Virus record (IMG/VR): IMGVR_UViG_3300037427_004270
DNA from: a virus
DNA: 64,000 nt
Strand: one strand, 5' to 3'
The notes beneath the pieces are model-generated. The model worked only from the letters and a program-made list of their open reading frames with translations. It did no database searches and had not been told where the DNA came from. Of this stretch, positions 28,798 to 38,049 are shown in pieces (within the stretch, counting starts at the first letter, position 1; each line of letters starts with the position of its first letter). The translations under genes and the position numbers were made by a program.

Positions 28798-29880
28798 TTA
28801 GCTTACATCTTTTGTGAAAAACTCAAAGCCATCAATTAGCGCATCGTGACACAAATAGTCGTCATCATGGGTTATAGCATGAGCCGTATAATAGCCACAG
28901 TCTTGAGATTTCAAGGTTGAGTTTGAACTATCCCATTGTCTATAGTAAGAATCAGTAGTCGCTATTGAAATGGTTGTCTGCTTTGTCCATGTTTCGTTAC
29001 TGAGAGTTTCTCCAATAGGTGCGGTATAGATCTCAACCTTATCGGCACTAGCTTGTGGTGTCACATCCATCCGAACATGATACCATGTGTTGAACGAGCC
29101 TGAAAATATAGTCTCATGAAGACTGTTGGTACCCGAACTAATGCCGTGAGAAATATCATTTGTTTTATGAGCGTGGAATTTCAAGCGAGGAACCCTTGCA
29201 CCGACTTTGCCAGCTTCACTGGTTCCGCCCTGAGCGCCGTCGCTGTCGTCTCTCAAGGTTGAGAGCGTCAAGCAATATCCCGTCATTCTTGGGTTGTAAT
29301 CGCCACCAGAGCCATAGAAAGCATCTACAGCGTCTTCGGTAGCGTCATTAAAATAAGACGCACTTAGAGAGCCTGTTCCTGAACTTACATAGTCTCCCTG
29401 CTGGGCGGTGCCTGGGCCGATGCCCTTGACGAACAGGCCAATTTCTGAGCCTTGATTTCTCTCGGAGTTGGCGACTATTGAGGAGTTGTCGTTGCCCAGT
29501 CTCAAGAAAGCTCGAATACTGTAGGCAATTGTAGTACCTTCCGCAGGAGTTGCGTCAACTGGAAAGTCGCTTCCTGAGTCTGAGCCCGTTGTTATAAACG
29601 CCGCCATAATGCATGCGTTGTGATAGCTATTGTTGGAATGAATGCTGGCCTGGCCATACATATATCCAGTGCAATAATCTCCCGCAGAAGCTGGTGCTGT
29701 GCCGGACAAGAAGGAGTGTGGGACGATAGAGCCAAAAGCTGCTTCGCCACCGCTGGTAGCTGCCCATGGGCCACCATTGCCGTAGGCCAAGAGGGACATG
29801 AAACGTTCCCCCCCTTCGAACTCGCCGGAATTGCCGCCGTACATGCCGGCATATCTAAAGTTTGAACGTGAAATTCCCAT
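28798..29880 (-). CDS. Putative beta-sandwich (lectin/ConA-like) virion protein, family A copy 2
   Basis: Highly similar to 31018-32106; SFNTWYHVRMDVTP..DKVEIYTAP core. Confidence 0.7.
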   Translation of the reverse strand: MGISRSNFRYAGMYGGNSGEFEGGERFMSLLAYGNGGPWAATSGGEAAFGSIVPHSFLSGTAPASAGDYCTGYMYGQASIHSNNSYHNACIMAAFITTGSDSGSDFPVDATPAEGTTIAYSIRAFLRLGNDNSSIVANSERNQGSEIGLFVKGIGPGTAQQGDYVSSGTGSLSASYFNDATEDAVDAFYGSGGDYNPRMTGYCLTLSTLRDDSDGAQGGTSEAGKVGARVPRLKFHAHKTNDISHGISSGTNSLHETIFSGSFNTWYHVRMDVTPQASADKVEIYTAPIGETLSNETWTKQTTISIATTDSYYRQWDSSNSTLKSQDCGYYTAHAITHDDDYLCHDALIDGFEFFTKDVS

Positions 29881-29895
29881 TTTATTTTTCTCCTA

Positions 29896-30996
29896 TTAGC
29901 TTGATATATTTTTTGAATACACAGTTAGTGCATCTAAGTATGCGTCGTGGTTTCTGGACCGGGTGCTAAGGGTTGAGCCATTTTGATCTCTCCACGCCTG
30001 CACACAATAACCCAAACCCCTGTGGTTTTGGGCATGCTGACGAGTGACGTAATGACAAGTTCCAGCAAAACGATATTGAGTTGCTCTTTTTGTCCATGTT
30101 TCCGAACCTATCGTGTCGGTTGCGGGTGCTGTGTAAATTTCAATTTTGTCTGTTCCTGGTAAGGGCGTAATGTCCATCCTTATGCGATACCACGCATTGA
30201 ATGCGTATGAGCCTTGGCACTTGTGAACTCTTGGTCGTTGAAACGTGTTCCCAGCGGCGGCTTCGTTCGCATGAGGGCCAGTACTAATGAAAAGAAGTCT
30301 TACCACGCCAACATTCCCCCTGTTGGTATCTTTAACGCTTGAGCCATCACCATCGGAGTCAATATCGTCGTTGCCCCAAGAGTAATGCTTCATACTAGAA
30401 AGCCAGAGAGTGTACCCGTTTATTAAGGTGCCGTAAGTATCCGTCTTGGAGTACACTGCATATCCATAATCATCACCATCGGCATCGGTGGTGTATCTAG
30501 CTGTGGTGGATGGCGTTCTAGCTCCAAAGAACAGACCCACTGCAGTGCCGCTTGACGTATATTGACTCACTGATGCTGTGTAGAGACAGCCCAATCTGAC
30601 TGTGGCTCTCATAGAGACAGCAGTTGCTTGGCTGCGCTTTCCTGTTGAGTTTGCAAAGCTTGCTGCTGCGCTCCAAGCTGAACCACTGTTTGGGTCTAGT
30701 CTTGGCCCCAAGGATCTAGTTCCCAAGAAACCCATGCCATACCAACCTCTATTGTAGTTGTTCACTGAGTAATTGTATTGGCTGAAGATCCACCCTCTTG
30801 CATAATCTCCGCAAGTGGTTATTGCGCCAGATAACGTGGAATGGGGAACTGACATTCCCTCTGCAGCATATCCGCCGTTAGTACCACTTTCGCTGCCATT
30901 GCCGCGAGCCATGTTGTGGGCAGCCATTCTCACGTTGCCGTCGGTGGCGTCGTTGAGGGTCGTATACCCTAGAAAATTAAAATCCTGTTTTGCCAT
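29896..30996 (-). CDS. Putative beta-sandwich virion protein, family B copy 2
   Basis: Highly similar to 32122-33195; FNAWYRIRMDITP..DKIEIYTAP core. Confidence 0.7.
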   Translation of the reverse strand: MAKQDFNFLGYTTLNDATDGNVRMAAHNMARGNGSESGTNGGYAAEGMSVPHSTLSGAITTCGDYARGWIFSQYNYSVNNYNRGWYGMGFLGTRSLGPRLDPNSGSAWSAAASFANSTGKRSQATAVSMRATVRLGCLYTASVSQYTSSGTAVGLFFGARTPSTTARYTTDADGDDYGYAVYSKTDTYGTLINGYTLWLSSMKHYSWGNDDIDSDGDGSSVKDTNRGNVGVVRLLFISTGPHANEAAAGNTFQRPRVHKCQGSYAFNAWYRIRMDITPLPGTDKIEIYTAPATDTIGSETWTKRATQYRFAGTCHYVTRQHAQNHRGLGYCVQAWRDQNGSTLSTRSRNHDAYLDALTVYSKNISS

Positions 30997-31017
30997 CTCT
31001 TGTTCCTCTCTTTGTTA

Positions 31018-32106
31018 TTAAGTCAAATCTTTCGTAAAAAACTCAAAACCATCTATTAATGCATCGTGAGCCAAATAATCATCATCGTGAGTTTTACAGT
31101 GAGCCGCGAAAAAGCCACAGTCTTGTTGTTTGGAAGTAGAATCTGTTGAATCCCAGCTTCTGTAATATTCGTCTGTGGCGTATATACGCACTGTCTCTCG
31201 CTTTGTCCATGTCTCGCTACCCAGGGCGTTTGCAATAGGGGCCGTATAAATTTCTACCTTGTCATGCCCCGATATTGGTGTTACGTCCATTCGAACATGA
31301 TACCAGGTATTAAAAGAACCTGAAAAGATTTCAACATGCTTGCTGTTAACGCCTGGTAAGACGCTGTGGTTGATATTATTCGTTCGGTGGGCGTGGAACT
31401 TCAGGCGTGGAATTCTTGCACCTTTTACGCCAGCTTCACTGGTTCCGCCAGTTGTTCCGTCGCTGTCGTCTCTCAAGGTTGACAAGGAGAGATAATACCC
31501 AGACATTCTTGGGTTGTAACTGCCGCCAGACGCATAGAAAGGATCGGTGGCATCTTCGTCAGCGTCGTGATAATAAGACGCACTTAGAGAGCCTGTTGGT
31601 GAGGCTGTATAGTCATTCTGTTGGTTTGTTCCTGGGCCGATGCCCTTGACGAAGATACCGATTTCTGAGCCTTGATTTCTCTCGTGGTTGGCGTTTATTG
31701 AGGAGTTGTCGTTGCCCAGTCTCAAGAAAGCTCGAATACTGTAGGCAGTTCTGGTCCCTTCATTTGGAACTGTGTCCACTGGAAAGTCGCTTCCTGAGTC
31801 TGAGCCCGTTGTTACGAATGCTGCCACGAGGTGTGCCCTATGGTAGCTATTATTCGAAGGGTGACTGGCTTGTCCGTACATATAACCAAGGCAAAAGTCC
31901 CCCGCAGAGGCTGGTGCGGTGCCAGACAAGAAGGAATGTGGAACGACAGAGCCAAAAGCTGCTTCGCCGCCGCCCTCGTTGTTGTTGGCCCAACCAGCGC
32001 CTTGGTGTTGGCTTGCCAGTGCTGCCCATCGCTGAGCTGCATCGGTCGTGCCCGTACTGCCTATCCATGAGCCTGCGTATCTAAAATTTGAACGTGAAAT
32101 TGCCAT
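31018..32106 (-). CDS. Putative beta-sandwich virion protein, family A copy 1
   Basis: MAISRSNFRYAG start matches 28798-29880; long identical stretches. Confidence 0.7.
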   Translation of the reverse strand: MAISRSNFRYAGSWIGSTGTTDAAQRWAALASQHQGAGWANNNEGGGEAAFGSVVPHSFLSGTAPASAGDFCLGYMYGQASHPSNNSYHRAHLVAAFVTTGSDSGSDFPVDTVPNEGTRTAYSIRAFLRLGNDNSSINANHERNQGSEIGIFVKGIGPGTNQQNDYTASPTGSLSASYYHDADEDATDPFYASGGSYNPRMSGYYLSLSTLRDDSDGTTGGTSEAGVKGARIPRLKFHAHRTNNINHSVLPGVNSKHVEIFSGSFNTWYHVRMDVTPISGHDKVEIYTAPIANALGSETWTKRETVRIYATDEYYRSWDSTDSTSKQQDCGFFAAHCKTHDDDYLAHDALIDGFEFFTKDLT

Positions 32107-32121
32107 GTTACTTTTCTCCTA

Positions 32122-33195
32122 TTATACTATCTTTGAATATACCACCAAGCCATCAATGAAGGCGTCGTGGTTCTTATCTACTGCCGTTGCATTGGTGTCT
32201 CGCCAAGCAGAAACACAATATCCTATACCTTTGCGGTCAGCATTGACCCTGGGTAAATAGTGGCTGGTTCCCGCGAAACGATACTGGGTTGCAACTTTCG
32301 TCCAGGTTTCCGAGCCTACCGTATCGGTTGCTGGTGCTGTATATATTTCAATCTTGTCTGTTCCCGGAAATGGAGTAATATCCATTCTTATTCTATACCA
32401 TTTGTTGTACTGGTATGTTCCTTGACACTTGTGAAATCTCGACCTGGCTGCGCCAGCACTGCTGCCGCCGTTGGTAGCATACTGTTGTGAGCCAAACAGG
32501 AGTCTCACTGTTTGAGCTCCTCTATTGGAATCTGAAACACTCGTACCGTCACCATCGGAGTCAATATCGCTGTTTCCCCAAGAGTAATGTTTCAGACTAG
32601 AGAGCATAAGAGTGTATCCTTGAAATTGGGTGCCATAGGCTGTAGTCTTATTGATAACCGTTCCAGCATAATCATCGCCATCGGAGTCATCTGTGTATTG
32701 AGTTGTCTGGGATGGCATGGTCGCATTGGTAAAGACGCCAATCGACGTTCCAAATGATGCCGAGTCTGCTGATCCGGTGTTGTCTGCTCCCAATCTGACC
32801 GTTGCTCTTATAGAGACAGCGGTGGCCGTTGTGCGTTTTCCTGATGAGTTTGCAAAGTTTGCTGATGCGCTCCAAGCAGAGCCGCTAGCTGGGTCCAGCC
32901 TTGCTCCCAATGATCTAGTTCCCAAGAAACCCATGCCATACCAACCTACATTGTAGTTGTTTGTTGAGTATCTGTTGGCGCTGAAAAGCCATGCTCTTGC
33001 ATAGTCTCCGCAAGTGGTTATTGAAGCACTGAGAGAGCTATGCAACTGAGACTGTCCTTCTGCTGCGTATCCGCCGTTGGTACTTCCGCCAGCGCCGTTG
33101 CCAGCTGCAATATCATATGCTATTTTTCTCACGCCGCCGTCGGTAGTGTCATTGCTTGTTCTATAACCTAGAAATCTAAAATCCTGTTTTGCCAT
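32122..33195 (-). CDS. Putative beta-sandwich virion protein, family B copy 1
   Basis: MAKQDF start and the 5' UTR (AAGAGAGGAACAAGAGATG) match 29896-30996. Confidence 0.7.
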   Translation of the reverse strand: MAKQDFRFLGYRTSNDTTDGGVRKIAYDIAAGNGAGGSTNGGYAAEGQSQLHSSLSASITTCGDYARAWLFSANRYSTNNYNVGWYGMGFLGTRSLGARLDPASGSAWSASANFANSSGKRTTATAVSIRATVRLGADNTGSADSASFGTSIGVFTNATMPSQTTQYTDDSDGDDYAGTVINKTTAYGTQFQGYTLMLSSLKHYSWGNSDIDSDGDGTSVSDSNRGAQTVRLLFGSQQYATNGGSSAGAARSRFHKCQGTYQYNKWYRIRMDITPFPGTDKIEIYTAPATDTVGSETWTKVATQYRFAGTSHYLPRVNADRKGIGYCVSAWRDTNATAVDKNHDAFIDGLVVYSKIV

Positions 33196-33220
33196 CTCTT
33201 GTTCCTCTCTTTAAAAGATT

Positions 33221-34333
33221 TTAACTGTTATCCCATCCTGCGGCGGTTTCGCCTATTGATGAACTAAACTCCAAATCTCCGCCTGACCACGTTACCGATG
33301 TCGCTGACGGGATATTATAATCTGTGTTTCCTGCTACCCAGTTTGCCTCAATTCTCTTGTGAGTGTTGTAAGTCCAAGTAGGTTCAGCTATATCAGTGGT
33401 GCCCCAGCCATGGCCAGTCTCACCCATTGACGCGCTAAATTCTAACTCGCTGCCGCCGAAAGTAGGTGCGCTTGTTGCATGGATGTCCCAGTCGGTATCC
33501 CCTGCATTAAAACTGATAGGTCCAATTCTCTTATGAGAACCATAAGTCCAAGTAGGTTCAGCGGGGTCTGTTGCACCGTATCCTTGGCCTGATTCGCCCA
33601 TTGCACTGCTAAACTCCAAATCTCCGCCTGCCCACGTTACCGATGTCGTTGACGGGATATTATAATCTGTGTTTCCTGCTACCCAGTTTGCCTCAATTCT
33701 CTTGTGAGTATTGTAAGTCCAGGTAGGTTCAGCTACATCAGTGGTGCCCCAGCCTTGGCCAGTCTCGCCCATTGATGAACTAAATTCTAGCTCACTGCCA
33801 CCGAAAGTAGGTGCGCTTGTTGCATGGATGTCCCAGTCGGTATCTCCTGCATTAAAAAGTGTATATAATTGTCTGGTGAATGTTCTCGGAACTGTTACTA
33901 AATTGTCAGTAAACCAGTTGCCATTTCTGCAGTAATACATCGTTGCGCCTTTGGCAAAATATTGAGCTGCATCATTACTAACAGCAACAGAGCCGCCGTT
34001 GGCAATTGCCCCTTTGGTCAGGCCCTTTGAGCTATTCATGTAAAAAACATATCCATTGTAGTTAGATGGGGTGCCTGCTAAGGTGTTTAAGATTGATATG
34101 TCGCCTTCCGAACTGCTCTCGTATAAAGGAATACGAAACATGCCACTAACAATGGCTCCTTGGCCAGTTAAGGCGTTCTGGTTAGTGCCGCCGTCAAATT
34201 CTACTGAAGCTGAAATTTCAACTACTCTGTTGTCGCCTCCTGCCGCAAGGACAAGAGAGCCATCATCTTTCATGATGTGAACCGAAGTACCGGAGCCTGT
34301 GGTTACTTGTAGTGTTGTTTTCTTATATCCCAT
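33221..34333 (-). CDS. 370-aa protein: shared N/C modules plus a C-terminal array of 57-58-aa repeats
   Basis: First ~150 aa parallel the 145-aa protein; then AG.TD..I...S.T..G..LEFS.SMGE.G.G...TD.AEPTWTY..HKRI repeated in ABAB order. Confidence 0.8.
   Translation of the reverse strand: MGYKKTTLQVTTGSGTSVHIMKDDGSLVLAAGGDNRVVEISASVEFDGGTNQNALTGQGAIVSGMFRIPLYESSSEGDISILNTLAGTPSNYNGYVFYMNSSKGLTKGAIANGGSVAVSNDAAQYFAKGATMYYCRNGNWFTDNLVTVPRTFTRQLYTLFNAGDTDWDIHATSAPTFGGSELEFSSSMGETGQGWGTTDVAEPTWTYNTHKRIEANWVAGNTDYNIPSTTSVTWAGGDLEFSSAMGESGQGYGATDPAEPTWTYGSHKRIGPISFNAGDTDWDIHATSAPTFGGSELEFSASMGETGHGWGTTDIAEPTWTYNTHKRIEANWVAGNTDYNIPSATSVTWSGGDLEFSSSIGETAAGWDNS
33230..33860. repeat. 345-nt higher-order direct repeat (two A+B units)
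   Basis: TCCCAGTCGG(T)ATC recurs at 33486 and 33831 (offset 345 nt = 115 aa). Confidence 0.9.
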
Positions 34334-34389
34334 GCTTCCATTCCTCCAGGGCGCGTTTGAACGAGAACCTACCTCGCATAGTTACAAGT

Positions 34390-34396
34390 TAAATAG
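34390..34396 (-). promoter_or_regulatory. CTATTTA motif upstream of the 370-aa gene
   Basis: ACTATTTAAC in the 93-nt gap, about 57 nt before the ATG. Confidence 0.5.
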
Positions 34397-34426
34397 TAGG
34401 AAACAAGGTACAATTCCTTATTTTTT

Positions 34427-37417
34427 TTAGCCGCAATGATAAGTGCAGCCCACAAAGGCTGCGCGGTAGGTCGATCCGTCATGAGAGATCTCAACACATT
34501 CGTAACTGCTGGAATTTAAGTCAAAGTCACAATCTTGTGTTATCTTTGCAACAGTGTAGTTGTGAAGCAAGTCATCATCTTGTTTCATGCCGTATCCCGG
34601 AATTTCACAAGTGGTGATATAATCTCCATTCTCTAGGTTGCCATTGATGTTGCTAATCCAAACACCGCCCTCGCCGAGTGAGTTGATATAAAGTCTATTA
34701 TCAGAAGAATCGCTCTTCTCCATGATAGTGGTATAGATGCCATGCTTGTAAGTTCTTGTAGCTTCATTCTCGTCTTCTGAGTCTGACACAACACCGAAAA
34801 CAGATTTCTGGTTTCTAGCCGTTGCAAGCTTTACTTTTGGAATTGCCTCATTGATAGATATGTTTGAGTTGGCAGGTGTTAGGTTCGAGTACGTCCCGTC
34901 ACTAATAACAATCTTGCCAACGCTTGAGGAGAGAGATGTGTAAGAAGTTGAGTCAGATGGTGTGCACCTGTGTTGGCCTGTAAAGGTAATGTTGTTTACA
35001 TCAGCACCATCATCTAGATATCCTTTCGAGGAACCATTGAAAGAGAAGTTCAAATTCTCCGCTGTAGAATGCCAAAGCGTCCAAGTGTCGTCATTTCCAG
35101 ACTGAATTATTGATAATCCACCAAGGTTTGCGGCATCAGCACCCTGCTTGACCTGTAGCATTCCCTCATCGGTTTGATAGTCGATGCCCACATATACCCT
35201 TCCGGAGTCCACAATTCCCATTCTTAGGGTGCCTGCGACGTTGTAGTCCGTGTTGTCTGGCTTAGTGTAGAAGTACATATTTGCACCCTTGTCACTGGAG
35301 CCCATTGTTTCTCCTGCCGTTGCAACGATATATGCAGCAGGATCACCACCGTCGATGCCGCCATCGGTGGTGTCCCATCCTATTCTACCAAGCTCGTCTC
35401 CGAGGGTAGTCGTAGCATCACTACGAACTAAAGTCAGTCGTCCACCAGAGGAATTATCTATTTGTAAATCTACTTGTGGACTGTCTGTTCCTATGCCTAT
35501 TTTGCCGTCATTCTTGATCCTCATCCGCTCGGTATTATTCGTGCCGAAGTAAAGATCGTAGTTAGCCGATACATTCAGATAAGTGTTGCCGTCGGTATTT
35601 ATAGAATTGCCGTCAATGTGCATATTGGTGCTACTGTCTGTTATTTTTACTCCGGCGTTGGCCAAAGTAAGGCTTCCAATGTCACCAACTGTAGCGTTCT
35701 TTGTGACATGCAACTGCGTTCCTACTGCGACACCACTATCGTTGATGTGCAAAGAATCTGCTGCAGCATCTCTGTCTATCCTGAAAATGTTCGTATCTGA
35801 AGTACTATTATTTCTCATTCCGACATTCAGCATGCCGTTACCAAATCCAGATGCAGCATCGCCGTCATAATCCATGAACGCGCCGTAATTCATTACCTGG
35901 CTATCATCAGTATCTTCTGCAAATTCAAGTCTTGCTGAAAAGTTAGAAGCTGCTGCTGCATCTGCGCCTAGACGAAGTGAGACTGTTCCGCCGTCTGCGT
36001 CTCCCTCGATTGATAAGTTTGCAGCCGGAGTGGTTGTGCCTATGCCAACCCTGTTATTCGAGGAGTCCACATGAAGGGTGTCTGTATCAACTGTGAGTCC
36101 TGTGGAAACAATAGTGCCATCTACATCTAGTTCATGAGCCGGGGAACCTACTCCGTTAATTCCCACCCTGCCCGTAGAGGCGTCACATATGAATAGCGGG
36201 TTGCCTTGGTTGGAGCCGTTACCCTTGACAACAAAGTCAACATTGTTACCACCATCATTGATAGTAACTTCATGAGGAGCAGATCCTTTCTCCTCCATCG
36301 TGACCATTGCTTTGCCGCCGGCTTTGAGGATTATCTTGTCATCGGCGAAGTTGATGAGTGTGTTAGTATCTCCATTGTGGTAGATGTACTGATCGAGCAC
36401 AAGATCGCCGGCGATGGTGGCAGTTCCAGATTCAAGCTTCAACACTTCATCGTTTGCATTTCCGCAATGAACTCTTACTTCCTCATCCATGAGTCGTATT
36501 TTTGTGGTGGTGCTGCTATCTGTTTTTCGCCTAATTACGTCTACATATGCATCATCAAACTCTAAGCCGTTTCCCTTCCCATAGTATGCTGATGCTGAAA
36601 CTGGCGCAGTAGAATAGAGCGCATATGGAGCTGGAGTGAATTCGATGGCATCGATTGCTAGATCGCTTCTATAACCGCCAGTGGTGTACCCATTGATGCG
36701 GATGTGCAGAGCAGAGCCCAAATACGAAGTTAGGTCCACTTCTCCCCTCTTCCAGGCATCACCCTGATTGGCTTGCTGTTCTCCAGAAATTGAAGATACT
36801 GCAGAAGGTGAACCATCTGCATCTTTAGTTATTGTCATTCCCGTCCAAGAAGAGCCGTCTGTACTCGCAGAGATATGAAGGCTGCCCATATCGTCACCAT
36901 GCATGTGATAATAAAAAGACATTTTACCAATTTCAGAAGCTTCTGCTGCTGTAAAGCTTCTCTGCATGACATAAAATACGTTTGACCCATCATTATTCGC
37001 GGTTTGGGCGGCGGAAGCCTCGGCAAAAACGTAGTTGCTACCGGAGTGTGGTCCGGTGGGTCCGGTGGTGCCAGATGGTGTACCGCCGTCGCTGGTCTGC
37101 CACTCGTAGCCGTTTGCTATAGTTTGCCCAGTCTTTGAGCCTGCACCGTTAGTCCAAGTGCCATTCGATGATGGGTTTCCTGGTGATACCAGATCTGCTG
37201 TCAGGCCATCAAAGCTTTCTCGGTAAAGTGTTGTGCTGGTGTTATATGCAGTTGGTGGCATTCCCTTAATGCGACCAATAATTTCCTGAGAGCCTGTCAT
37301 GGCGATTACATCAGTGCCATCATTGCCGATTTTAATACTGCCAGAAGCATACATGACGAAGCCGTAATTACCGCTGCCGTCCTTGTAGCCTAGAGCCCTA
37401 TTTCTGTTTCCCGACAT
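34427..37417 (-). CDS. Fibre protein with an N-terminal MAM domain and a C-terminal chaperone/autoprotease-like domain (996 aa)
   Basis: MAM motifs W...GGTPS..TGP....GSNYVFAEAS, SFYYHMHG..MGSL, W....VDL, DLAIDAI; repeated RVGIGT.TP fibre motifs; C-terminal FTGQH...GEG.VW...GDYITT...GYGMKQ...GCTYHCG. Confidence 0.8.
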   Translation of the reverse strand: MSGNRNRALGYKDGSGNYGFVMYASGSIKIGNDGTDVIAMTGSQEIIGRIKGMPPTAYNTSTTLYRESFDGLTADLVSPGNPSSNGTWTNGAGSKTGQTIANGYEWQTSDGGTPSGTTGPTGPHSGSNYVFAEASAAQTANNDGSNVFYVMQRSFTAAEASEIGKMSFYYHMHGDDMGSLHISASTDGSSWTGMTITKDADGSPSAVSSISGEQQANQGDAWKRGEVDLTSYLGSALHIRINGYTTGGYRSDLAIDAIEFTPAPYALYSTAPVSASAYYGKGNGLEFDDAYVDVIRRKTDSSTTTKIRLMDEEVRVHCGNANDEVLKLESGTATIAGDLVLDQYIYHNGDTNTLINFADDKIILKAGGKAMVTMEEKGSAPHEVTINDGGNNVDFVVKGNGSNQGNPLFICDASTGRVGINGVGSPAHELDVDGTIVSTGLTVDTDTLHVDSSNNRVGIGTTTPAANLSIEGDADGGTVSLRLGADAAAASNFSARLEFAEDTDDSQVMNYGAFMDYDGDAASGFGNGMLNVGMRNNSTSDTNIFRIDRDAAADSLHINDSGVAVGTQLHVTKNATVGDIGSLTLANAGVKITDSSTNMHIDGNSINTDGNTYLNVSANYDLYFGTNNTERMRIKNDGKIGIGTDSPQVDLQIDNSSGGRLTLVRSDATTTLGDELGRIGWDTTDGGIDGGDPAAYIVATAGETMGSSDKGANMYFYTKPDNTDYNVAGTLRMGIVDSGRVYVGIDYQTDEGMLQVKQGADAANLGGLSIIQSGNDDTWTLWHSTAENLNFSFNGSSKGYLDDGADVNNITFTGQHRCTPSDSTSYTSLSSSVGKIVISDGTYSNLTPANSNISINEAIPKVKLATARNQKSVFGVVSDSEDENEATRTYKHGIYTTIMEKSDSSDNRLYINSLGEGGVWISNINGNLENGDYITTCEIPGYGMKQDDDLLHNYTVAKITQDCDFDLNSSSYECVEISHDGSTYRAAFVGCTYHCG

Positions 37418-37833
37418 TAACCAACTCCAGCAGAACCAGACCAGTTTGTATGAAGCTCATCTGTCGGAATGGAGGTCAGTCCAGCAACGATATCGACGGA
37501 ATCAGTTACCGCAGAGCCGTGAGAAAGAAGGAAGATATCCTTAACCTTTATCTCCATTCTCGACATATCTGTGGGGGTAGTGTTCCCCTTATGTACGGTA
37601 AAATAGTTTGTGCCCTCGACTCCGGCCTTGGAAAAACCAACTCTTATGTTTTGGTTGGAGCGGTTAATAACCGTGAACCATCGAGTGACATGTGGGAAAG
37701 ATATTTGAGTGGCATCACCATTGCTCGCCTCTACATCCACACTGCCTGTTGCAAACGGAATACCAGATACCTGATATGCTGCCGTTGTCTTTAGGCCATT
37801 TTGGTGTTTAAATTGTTTTGGATCATATGACAT
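37417..37833 (-). CDS. Hypothetical structural protein (138 aa)
   Basis: AYQVSGIPFATGS, ISFPHVTRWFTVIN; beta-rich; coupled to the next gene (TAATG overlap). Confidence 0.7.
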   Translation of the reverse strand: MSYDPKQFKHQNGLKTTAAYQVSGIPFATGSVDVEASNGDATQISFPHVTRWFTVINRSNQNIRVGFSKAGVEGTNYFTVHKGNTTPTDMSRMEIKVKDIFLLSHGSAVTDSVDIVAGLTSIPTDELHTNWSGSAGVG

Positions 37834-37838
37834 TGTTT

Positions 37839-38048
37839 TTACCTCGCAAGTTCTTTCTTTTTCTTCTTCTGAGCATCTCTAATGGCTTTTTGCTTTGCTA
37901 ATCTCTTAACATCAGAAGGTTTTTTATAAAATCTTTTTTGTTTCACTGCATCAACAATCTTTGACTTTTTTGTCTTTTTCATGAACCTCTTAATAAGAGC
38001 CTCTACGCTCTCTCCTTTACGCAGCTTTACACTAAAGTTTTGAGACAT
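37839..38048 (-). CDS. rpsU: Phage-encoded ribosomal protein bS21
   Basis: 69 aa, basic; V..RKGESVEALIKRF.KK...........RFYKKPS.VKR matches the bS21 pattern (V...E..E.ALRRFK...........Y.KPS..R). Confidence 0.85.
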   Translation of the reverse strand: MSQNFSVKLRKGESVEALIKRFMKKTKKSKIVDAVKQKRFYKKPSDVKRLAKQKAIRDAQKKKKKELAR

Positions 38049-38049
38049 C

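Noticed and set aside
28515-28817. 100-aa plus-strand ORF in the long intergenic gap
   Set aside because: It is opposite to all other genes, runs through a terminator into a real gene, and has no clear RBS or protein-like motifs.
33230-33860. Diversity-generating retroelement TR/VR pair
   Set aside because: Both copies are in frame in one gene, the differences I compared are mostly synonymous C/T changes rather than adenine-specific, and no reverse transcriptase is in the window.
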